NCBI GenBank assembly: GCA_017416735.1
Contig: JAFQBF010000010.1
Location: 888-64,887 of the forward strand
Length of the DNA stretch: 64,000 bases
Source of the DNA: Bacteroidaceae bacterium
GTDB taxonomy: Bacteria; Bacteroidota; Bacteroidia; Bacteroidales; Bacteroidaceae
Direction of reading: 5' to 3'
In this document: positions 39,999 to 47,544 of the stretch, one piece after another
How the letters are laid out: each line of letters starts with the position of its first letter
Position numbering within the stretch: the first letter of the stretch is position 1
The notes under the pieces: generated by a model
Told to the model about the DNA's origin: nothing
The model's input: the letters and a program-made list of their open reading frames with translations, nothing else
Database searches by the model: none
Program-made: the position numbers and the translations under genes

Positions 39999-40447
39999 GC
40001 AATGCCATACTATCCAGTTCGCAGTACCAGAACTACCGGCGGATTGACCTGATTGTGATACATTGCAGTGCTACCCGTTGTGACCGGCCGTTCCCGCTGG
40101 AAGCGGTGATAGCCTGTCACCGTGCGCGGGGATTTGCTACCGTAGGTTATCACTACTACGTGACGCGCGACGGAACGGTACACGCGGGACGCCCTCTTTA
40201 CCAAGAGGGAGCACATGCGACGGGATATAACCGACGCTCCATCGGGGTGTGTTACGAAGGAGGACTGGATCCTCGCGGACAACCGGCCGACACCCGTACC
40301 GATGCCCAAAAGGAAACCTTGCTGAAACTGATGCAACGGCTGAAAAAAGATTATCCCCATGCCCGGATTGTGGGGCACAGGGATATTCCATGCGTAGCAA
40401 AGGATTGTCCTTGCTTTGATGCAAGGGGTGAGTATGAATATCTTTAA
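39995..40447 (+). CDS. N-acetylmuramoyl-L-alanine amidase (T7 lysozyme-like)
   Basis: IVIHCSAT, GYHYYV, GAHATGYN..SIGVCYEGG, GHRD...KDCPCFD; no signal peptide. Confidence 0.93.
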   Translation: MSNAILSSSQYQNYRRIDLIVIHCSATRCDRPFPLEAVIACHRARGFATVGYHYYVTRDGTVHAGRPLYQEGAHATGYNRRSIGVCYEGGLDPRGQPADTRTDAQKETLLKLMQRLKKDYPHARIVGHRDIPCVAKDCPCFDARGEYEYL

Positions 40448-41550
40448 CTATTTTTTTTGTTGATTATCTTGCTGAACCAAACGTTCAGCCCTGTCCATAC
40501 CAATACATCCACCCAAAAGAGGATGTTGATGTTCACGCCAGAAAAGCTACCTGCTACCGTACCCACGATAAAGGCTGTGGAGATAGCCTGGATGAGTATC
40601 AGTGAATTTCTTGGGGTGAAACCCATGGCCAGGAACTTGTGGTGAATGTGCGTCTTGTCCGGATGGAACAAGTGCTGCTTCCGACGGGCACGACCCAACA
40701 CCACGCGTACCACATCCAAGCAAGGTACCAACAGGATACTGAAGGCTATAATAACCGGTTTACCTATCAAAGAGGGTGGCTCTACACCTGTGTACATACA
40801 ATACTTGATGACCATGAAACTTATCAGGAATCCTAACGTAAGGCTACCGGTATCGCCCATAAAAATCTTCTTGCCCCGCTCGGCATTGCCAAACACATTA
40901 TAGATAAAGAACGGAATAAGAACACCTATAGCCGCAAATACCAACATAGCATACATCCACAACCCATCTACAGCAAAAATTACGCCAAAGAAGGTCAAAG
41001 CCACGATACAGATACTGGAGGCCAAGCCATCGATACCGTCAATCAAATTGATTGCGTTGGTAATGAAGATAATAAGCAACATCGTCAAGGGAACACCAAT
41101 GTACGGCGTTACCTCGTAAACGCCGAACAGCCCATAGAAATTATTGATATACAATCCGGCAAGTGGAATCAACACAGAAGCCAACAGCTGATAGAAAAAC
41201 TTCTTGCGATAACGTACCCCCACCAAGTCATCGCCAATACCTATGAGATACAGCAAAGTAAGCCCCGAGAACAGACAAAGCATTTCGGATGCCATTTTCA
41301 CGGAATATAATTCATTGGGTATGAACCCCATGATTACCCGGAAGGCGGTCAGCAGACAGAATACAAAAAGAATGACCGGGAAGAACGTAGCTCCTCCAAG
41401 ACGCGGTACCGGACGGGTATGCACCTTACGTGAATCGGGAACATCGAACAGACGTTTTCTCAATGATATGATGAGAATTCTCGGTATAATCTTTTGTCCC
41501 ATATAGGCTGCCAGTACAAAACTGAACAACGTAATGTATAAATTCTCCAT
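40444..41550 (-). CDS. wecA: WecA/MraY-family undecaprenyl-phosphate HexNAc-1-P transferase
   Basis: RKVHTRPVPRLGG, GIGDD, NAINLIDGIDGL, IFMGDTGS, DKTHIHH. Confidence 0.9.
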   Translation of the reverse strand: MENLYITLFSFVLAAYMGQKIIPRILIISLRKRLFDVPDSRKVHTRPVPRLGGATFFPVILFVFCLLTAFRVIMGFIPNELYSVKMASEMLCLFSGLTLLYLIGIGDDLVGVRYRKKFFYQLLASVLIPLAGLYINNFYGLFGVYEVTPYIGVPLTMLLIIFITNAINLIDGIDGLASSICIVALTFFGVIFAVDGLWMYAMLVFAAIGVLIPFFIYNVFGNAERGKKIFMGDTGSLTLGFLISFMVIKYCMYTGVEPPSLIGKPVIIAFSILLVPCLDVVRVVLGRARRKQHLFHPDKTHIHHKFLAMGFTPRNSLILIQAISTAFIVGTVAGSFSGVNINILFWVDVLVWTGLNVWFSKIINKKNS

Positions 41551-41563
41551 AAGTCTATGTTTA

Positions 41564-42115
41564 TCAAATAGGTTCACAATACCATCGTGAGACACGCACC
41601 ATGACACCCATTCCTATAATTGCTTTCAAGAAATAATACTGTTTGTCCTTACGTACCAACTTGCCAACCGAACCTTTGAAAGGTCCCTTCACCACTCTCA
41701 CTTCCTTACCCACCATCGCTTCTGCCTCCGATTGAGTCATATAGGTTGATGTCTGGAATTCCGGATCGCAAAGCAAACGGAGTTCTACCATGTCACGGGC
41801 AGGAATCTCACAAAAGTCCTTGTTCCCCGGTTGGCGGAAGATGCTGACAGGAATTTGACATTCGCCCAACATCTTGACCATCTCCTTCTGGTCCCCCTTT
41901 TTCTGTACAAACAACAGGTTATGTATGGCAGGTACCAGAATCTGCTTCGGTTTGCCTTCGGCATTCGGCTTCACTGAAATTGTCATGGGGATAAAATGAA
42001 CATATCCGCAATCCTGCAGATAGCGGCTAACCTTCTGTTCCTGACAATTGAAGGTACGGATAGCGTACCAGGGCTCATTGTCCGATGACATACAAGGCGT
42101 GTTCATTTCCATCAT
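41564..42115 (-). CDS. upxY: UpxY family (NusG-like) transcription antiterminator
   Basis: WYAIRT, FIPM, PAIHNLLFV, KOW motif VRVVKGPFKGSVG. Confidence 0.9.
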   Translation of the reverse strand: MMEMNTPCMSSDNEPWYAIRTFNCQEQKVSRYLQDCGYVHFIPMTISVKPNAEGKPKQILVPAIHNLLFVQKKGDQKEMVKMLGECQIPVSIFRQPGNKDFCEIPARDMVELRLLCDPEFQTSTYMTQSEAEAMVGKEVRVVKGPFKGSVGKLVRKDKQYYFLKAIIGMGVMVRVSRWYCEPI

Positions 42116-42154
42116 ATCAACTCAGTAAACAAGTTAGTTTTATATAAACGTAGG

Positions 42155-42185
42155 CAAAGGTAGGAAAGTTTTTCGGCAATACAAA
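42155..42185 (-). promoter_or_regulatory. upxY promoter (-33 TTTG / -7 TACCTTTG)
   Basis: TTTG, 19 nt, TACCTTTG about 40 nt upstream of upxY. Confidence 0.7.
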
Positions 42186-42198
42186 AAAATATAACGAT

Positions 42199-42231
42199 AA
42201 AAAAAGGGGTTGCTGTCCGCAACCCCCTTTA
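42199..42231 (-). terminator. aspA terminator
   Basis: AAAAAAGGGGTTGC-TGTCC-GCAACCCCCTTT hairpin. Confidence 0.75.
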
Positions 42232-42241
42232 ATAAATATTT

Positions 42242-43675
42242 TTATTTTCTTGGCTTGATGTCCAGCTTCACGGGCTTGATCATATTTTCCGGACTGAGGA
42301 TGGTATCAAGTTCTTCCTTAGTCAGGATGCCATGTTCGAGTACCAGCTCATAAACACTGCGGCCGGTTTCGAGAGCTTCCTTCGCAATCTTGGTGGAATT
42401 CTTGTAACCGATAACCGGATTCAGAGCCGTTACCACACCGATACTGCTGTGTACTTCGTTGCGGCACTTTTCTTCGTTGGCGGTAATACCGTCCACACAA
42501 CGGGTACGGAGGGTATCGAAGCCGTGAATCATCAAATCGACAGACTCGAAGCAGCACTGGGCCATCACCGGTTCCATGGCATTGAGTTCCATCTGGGCAG
42601 CATCGCCGGCCATAGTCACGCAGAGGTCGTTACCCATCACCTTGTAGCAAATCTGGTTCATCACTTCGGGGATAACCGGATTGACCTTACCCGGCATAAT
42701 GGAAGAACCGGGCTGCATAGCCGGAAGGTTGAACTCAGTCAAACCGCAACGAGGACCGCAACCCAAGAGGCGGAGGTCGTTACAAATCTTGTTCACCTTG
42801 ACAGCCACACGGCGCAAAGCGGATGAATAACCTACCATGCAAGAGGTATCGGAAGTAGCACCTACCAAGTCGCCGGAAAGCTGGAAGTCGAAGCCGGTGA
42901 TGTCGCGCATGGCTTCTACACACTTTTCAGCATAGCCCGGTTCAGCACAGATACCGGTACCGATGGCAGTGGCACCCATATTGACTGTCAGGAAGTCGGC
43001 AGCCGCTTCTTCCAAGTGCTTCACTTCGTCCTGCAAGATGCTGGCGAAACCATTGAATGTCTGGCCCAAAGTCATAGGCACGGCATCCTGCAACTGGGTA
43101 CGTCCCATCTTGATGACGTGGGCAAACTCACGACCCTTGGCACGGAACGATGTAATCAGTTCCTGCAGGTGAGGCATAAAGCTGAGATGCTTATAGTACA
43201 GACCTACATGAATAGCAGTAGGATAAGCATCGTTGGTTGACTGCGAGCAGTTCACGTGGTCATTGGGTGAGCAGTATTGATATTCACCGCGCTGATGACC
43301 CATAATTTCGAGGGCACGGTTGGCAATCACTTCGTTGGCATTCATGTTGGTAGTCGTACCGGCACCTCCCTGAATCATATCCACCGGGAAGTGTTCGTGA
43401 TGCTGGCCGTCCATAATTTCACGGCAAGCCTGCTCGATGGCCTGAGCCTGAGCGTCGGTCAAGAGGCCGAGTGCGTGATTGGCGCGGGCAGCTGCCATCT
43501 TGGTTACAGCCAAGCCATAGATGAAGCGCGGGTAGTCACACAAATGAAAATTACTGATCGGGAAGTTTTCGATACCTCTCAAAGTCTGTACGCCATAGAG
43601 GGCGCTTGACGGAATCTCGCGTGCGCCGATGAGGTCGCTCTCGATGCGGGTTCCTTCCAAATTCTTAGTTTCCAT
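42242..43675 (-). CDS. aspA: Aspartate ammonia-lyase
   Basis: QGGAGTTTNMNANEV, SQSTND, KMGRTQLQDA, GSSIMPGKVNPV. Confidence 0.96.
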   Translation of the reverse strand: METKNLEGTRIESDLIGAREIPSSALYGVQTLRGIENFPISNFHLCDYPRFIYGLAVTKMAAARANHALGLLTDAQAQAIEQACREIMDGQHHEHFPVDMIQGGAGTTTNMNANEVIANRALEIMGHQRGEYQYCSPNDHVNCSQSTNDAYPTAIHVGLYYKHLSFMPHLQELITSFRAKGREFAHVIKMGRTQLQDAVPMTLGQTFNGFASILQDEVKHLEEAAADFLTVNMGATAIGTGICAEPGYAEKCVEAMRDITGFDFQLSGDLVGATSDTSCMVGYSSALRRVAVKVNKICNDLRLLGCGPRCGLTEFNLPAMQPGSSIMPGKVNPVIPEVMNQICYKVMGNDLCVTMAGDAAQMELNAMEPVMAQCCFESVDLMIHGFDTLRTRCVDGITANEEKCRNEVHSSIGVVTALNPVIGYKNSTKIAKEALETGRSVYELVLEHGILTKEELDTILSPENMIKPVKLDIKPRK

Positions 43676-43860
43676 ATCTTAATAAGGTTATAAAGTTCAA
43701 ACTAAGGCAAAGTTACAAACCTTTTTCGAGAATCAAAAATTAAAACTGATAAATGAAGGGGAAAGAGGGGATTTTTAAAAGGAAGCAAAAAAAGTACGAA
43801 GAAAATTTGCCGTTTCAAAAAATAGCTGTAATTTTGCATCGCTTTTCAGAAAAAGCGTTT

Positions 43861-43935
43861 CGGGGTGTAGCGCAGTCCGGTTAGCGCACCTGCTTTGGGA
43901 GCAGGGGGTCGTGGGTTCGAATCCCGCTACCCCGA
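43861..43935 (+). tRNA. tRNA-Pro(TGG)
   Basis: CGGGGTG acceptor stem, anticodon arm CCTGC-TTTGGGA-GCAGG, GTTCGAATC T-loop. Confidence 0.97.
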
Positions 43936-43939
43936 CAAT

Positions 43940-43989
43940 AAATAAAAAAATAAAAGGTTGCCGAATAGCAACCTTTTATTTTTTTATTT
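43940..43989. terminator. Bidirectional terminator between tRNA-Pro and spt
   Basis: ataaaaggttg-ccgaatag-caaccttttat with A/T tails. Confidence 0.75.
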
Positions 43990-45171
43990 AATCACTTCCA
44001 AAGTCTTGAAAATACGGGTAAGCTTTTCCACGGCGATATCTACCTGCTCTTTAGTGTGGGTAGCCATCAGCGCAAAGCGGAGAAGGGTATCCTGCGGTGC
44101 ACATGCAGGTGGAATGACCGGATTGATAAACACACCCTCGTCGAAGGCCATCTTCGTTGCAAGGAAAGTCTTTTCGGCATCGCGCACATAAAGCGGGATA
44201 ATCGGACTTTCGGTTTCACCAATCTCGAAACCGGCCTGACGGAAACAATCCAACGCATAATTGGTGATTTTCCACAAGTTTTCCTGACGTTCCGGTTCGT
44301 TCTGGAAGATATGCAAAGCTTCGAGGGCAGCAGCGGTTGAAGCCGGTGTGCTGGAAGCCTGGAAAATGTACGAGCGACAGGTGTGGCGAATCCAGTTGAT
44401 GGTATCGCTGTCGGCAGCCACGAATCCGCCCAATGAAGCGAATGACTTCGAGAATGTACCCATGATGACATCTACCTGATCGGTTACACCGAAATGGTCA
44501 CAAACACCGCGTCCCTGACGACCGAACACGCCCATACCGTGGGCTTCATCGACCATAATGCTAGCATTGTACTTTTCTTTCAGCTTCACGATTTCGGGCA
44601 ATGGAGCCAAATCACCTTCCATCGAGAACACGCCATCCACAATGATGAGCTTCACGGATTCAGGATTACACTTCTTCAATTCCTTTTCGAGGGCTTCCAT
44701 ATCGTTATGCTTGTACTTCAGCTGGGTAGCGAAAGACAAGCGGCGTCCATCTACAATGGATGCGTGGTCGCGGTCGTCGCAGATGATGTAGTCCTTGCGG
44801 TCCACCAAAGTCGGGATAACGCCTTCGTTCACGGTGAAACCTGTGGTAAATACCAAACATTCTTCCTTGCCGAGGAAAGCGGCCAATTCTTTTTCCAACT
44901 GTACGTGAAGGTCGAGCGTTCCGTTGAGGAAGCGGGAACCGGCACAACCAGTGCCGTATTTCTTGGTAGCTTCGATGGCAGCGTTCACAATACGTTTGTC
45001 GTAAGTCAAACCCATGTAAGAGTTGGAGCCGAACATCAAAACTTTTTTGCCGTCCATCGTTACCTCAGTGTCTTGTGCGCTGTCGATTTCGCGGAAATAA
45101 GGATAGACACCCATCGCCATATATTCTTGCGGCTGTCTATATTTGCTGAATTTTGTCTGTAATAAACCCAT
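43984..45171 (-). CDS. spt: Serine palmitoyltransferase (AOS family)
   Basis: GVYPYFR, FGSNSYMGL, GTGCAGSRFLNGT, DEAHG, GTFSKSFAS. Confidence 0.88.
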   Translation of the reverse strand: MGLLQTKFSKYRQPQEYMAMGVYPYFREIDSAQDTEVTMDGKKVLMFGSNSYMGLTYDKRIVNAAIEATKKYGTGCAGSRFLNGTLDLHVQLEKELAAFLGKEECLVFTTGFTVNEGVIPTLVDRKDYIICDDRDHASIVDGRRLSFATQLKYKHNDMEALEKELKKCNPESVKLIIVDGVFSMEGDLAPLPEIVKLKEKYNASIMVDEAHGMGVFGRQGRGVCDHFGVTDQVDVIMGTFSKSFASLGGFVAADSDTINWIRHTCRSYIFQASSTPASTAAALEALHIFQNEPERQENLWKITNYALDCFRQAGFEIGETESPIIPLYVRDAEKTFLATKMAFDEGVFINPVIPPACAPQDTLLRFALMATHTKEQVDIAVEKLTRIFKTLEVIK

Positions 45172-45378
45172 ATATATTAAGGTGTTTTTTTGTAAGCCAA
45201 CAGGTGACTTACACAATTTCTCAAATTGTGTGCAAAGATAGTAAAAAAGAAATTCATTTTGCATCTTTTAGAAAGAAAAATGCACACCGACCGCAAAACT
45301 TTGTATTTTTTGCGGTGTTCTGCATAAAATGTATTAACTTTGTAGAACGAATTAGGAACAACACCCGATAAAGATAGT

Positions 45379-46419
45379 ATGACCGAAAAGAAAAAGATTG
45401 TTTTTGTAGTGAACCCCATCTCGGGCACCCAAGGGAAAAAGGCCATATTGAAATGGATTGACGAACGGCTGGACCGGTCTGTCTATGATTATTCGATAGT
45501 CAAGACGGAATATGCCGGACATGCCACACAGATTGCAGCATCGGCTGTTCATGACGGTGCGGACATCGTGGTAGCCATCGGCGGTGACGGAACCATCAAC
45601 GAAATAGCACGTTCACTGGTACATACCGAAACGACATTGGGTATCATACCTTGTGGCTCGGGTAACGGATTGGCCAGGCATCTGCATATACCGATGGATC
45701 CCAAAGGTGCCATCGACATTCTGAATGAAGGCTACCGGATATGTATCGACTACGGAAAAATCAACAACATTCCTTTCTTCTGCACTTGCGGCGTGGGCTT
45801 CGATGCCTTCGTCAGCCTGAAGTTTGCCGACTCGGGCAAGCGGGGACTCCTCACCTACCTGGAAAATACGTTGCACGAAAGCCTGACGTATCAGCCTGAA
45901 ACGTATGAGATTGAGAACGAGGAAGGTACCGTAAAACACCATGCTTTCCTGATAGCTTGCGGAAATGCTTCGCAGTATGGAAACAATGCTTATATCGCCC
46001 CACAGGCTTCGCTGACTGACGGGTTGATGGACATCACGATTTTAGAACCATTTACGGTGCTGGATGTGCCGAGCCTGTCGTTCCAATTATTCAACAAGAC
46101 CATTGACCAGAACAGCCGTATCAAGACGATGCGGGCCAAGAGAATCAAGATTCACCGGACCCAGGAGGGAGTGATGCACTTTGACGGCGACCCGCTGATG
46201 GCCGGCAAGGAACTGGATGTGGAAATCATCCCGAAGGGCTTGCACGTGATTGCTTCGGAAAAGAAGAAAAAAAGCTTCGTAGAAACGGAAAATCTCCTGC
46301 AGGTGATTACGGACTACTTTACCGGCTTGCACCTGAAAGGGGAAGAATTGTTGGCCAAGCGGCAGAGCCACCTGTTTGAACTGAACCGGACCTTGCTGCG
46401 GAAGTTAGCGAAGAAATGA
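45379..46419 (+). CDS. Diacylglycerol/sphingosine kinase family lipid kinase
   Basis: NPISG, GGDGTINE, IPCGSGNGLAR, GVGFDA, QYGNN, DGD. Confidence 0.92.
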   Translation: MTEKKKIVFVVNPISGTQGKKAILKWIDERLDRSVYDYSIVKTEYAGHATQIAASAVHDGADIVVAIGGDGTINEIARSLVHTETTLGIIPCGSGNGLARHLHIPMDPKGAIDILNEGYRICIDYGKINNIPFFCTCGVGFDAFVSLKFADSGKRGLLTYLENTLHESLTYQPETYEIENEEGTVKHHAFLIACGNASQYGNNAYIAPQASLTDGLMDITILEPFTVLDVPSLSFQLFNKTIDQNSRIKTMRAKRIKIHRTQEGVMHFDGDPLMAGKELDVEIIPKGLHVIASEKKKKSFVETENLLQVITDYFTGLHLKGEELLAKRQSHLFELNRTLLRKLAKK

Positions 46420-46421
46420 TT

Positions 46422-46602
46422 TTTTAAGGCACGGATTACACGGATTTCACGGATTTTCTTTTCCTTGTGTTTCGTAGTCGTTCCGACTGACTCGATGACG
46501 CGGATTTCTCACAGACTGATGAGTCCGTGTCATCCAAACGAGCCGAAGGCTATGTTATCAGAGGATGGGTTCCGTGCAATCCGTGTAATCCGTGCCTTAA
46601 AA
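46422..46602. repeat. MITE/REP-like element with perfect 25-bp terminal inverted repeats (9-bp periodic)
   Basis: ttttaaggcacggattacacggatt ... aatccgtgtaatccgtgccttaaaa. Confidence 0.75.
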
Positions 46603-46604
46603 TT

Positions 46605-47312
46605 CTACATTTTCAAATAAAAATCGCGGGTCAAGGCGATATAGCCCTCACTATATACATGACGTTCGAGTTCGATGACCAATTCATCGGGCCGGTAATG
46701 GATGGGGTTACGCCGGAATTCCATCAAGGTGCGTTTGGGAGGCAACCCCGGACGGGTAACTACGGCTGTGTGCCGGGATGGATAAAGACCACAAGCAGCA
46801 GCCACATTCACCAAATGTCCCGTCTGTTCGAAGGGAAGAACCACAGAGAAACGACCGTCCGGAGTCAAGAGAGCAGCCACTTTTTCCAGCAGTTCATGGA
46901 TACTCAAGGTATCGGTATGTCGGGCAGTATTCCGCTGTCCGTCAGGACTTTTCAAAGAATCCACAAAATACGGAGGATTGGAAACAATGATATCGAACCG
47001 GGGGTCGGGCGTATAAGTCCGCAAGTCTTGAAGGGAAGCTCCTACCCGCTCCTTCCAAGGTGATGCCTGGATGTTTTCTTGGGCCTGTAAAACGGCATCC
47101 GGATCGATATCGATAGCGGTAATCCGGGTTTGGGCGGAACGCTGTGCCAGCATCAGGGCAATCAGTCCCGTTCCTGTACCGATGTCGAGGATGCGTCGGG
47201 AGTCGGTCAAGTCGGTCCAAGCACCGAGAAGCACTCCGTCCGTACCCACTTTCATGGCGCAACGGTCGTGACGGACGGTAAACTGTTTGAAGGCAAAAAA
47301 CGGGTTCGGCAT
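46605..47312 (-). CDS. trmM: tRNA1(Val) (adenine37-N6)-methyltransferase
   Basis: FKQF..HDRCAMKVGTDGVLLGAW, LDIGTGTG, SNPPYF, FYL C-terminus. Confidence 0.9.
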   Translation of the reverse strand: MPNPFFAFKQFTVRHDRCAMKVGTDGVLLGAWTDLTDSRRILDIGTGTGLIALMLAQRSAQTRITAIDIDPDAVLQAQENIQASPWKERVGASLQDLRTYTPDPRFDIIVSNPPYFVDSLKSPDGQRNTARHTDTLSIHELLEKVAALLTPDGRFSVVLPFEQTGHLVNVAAACGLYPSRHTAVVTRPGLPPKRTLMEFRRNPIHYRPDELVIELERHVYSEGYIALTRDFYLKM

Positions 47313-47544
47313 AAGATTGGCAAACATTAATGTTTTGCAAAGATACAAATATTTTGGATTCGTATGCCCAAAATGTAGGTTTTCAGATCCTTCACTCCGG
47401 TCAGGATGATACGACAGAGGGGTATTTAACATTTATTTTAGGATTCGTACGCATTTGTTCAGCAGGTTTTTTTCTTATTAATTAAGGAATGATTAACTTT
47501 GCAATCCGTTTATAAAGACGGATTCCTTAAACAGATGAAAAGAT

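Noticed and set aside
33572-40447. Complete prophage or ICE
   Set aside because: No integrase, terminase, structural, relaxase or T4SS genes; only ~7 kb.
42116-42240. Invertible promoter upstream of upxY
   Set aside because: No inverted repeats flank the promoter; the only palindrome is the aspA terminator, and no adjacent recombinase is present.
43861-43935. tRNA-Pro as the att site of an island carrying the capsule/phage-like module
   Set aside because: I found no duplicated tRNA 3' end and no integrase; the locus lies upstream of the tRNA with aspA in between.
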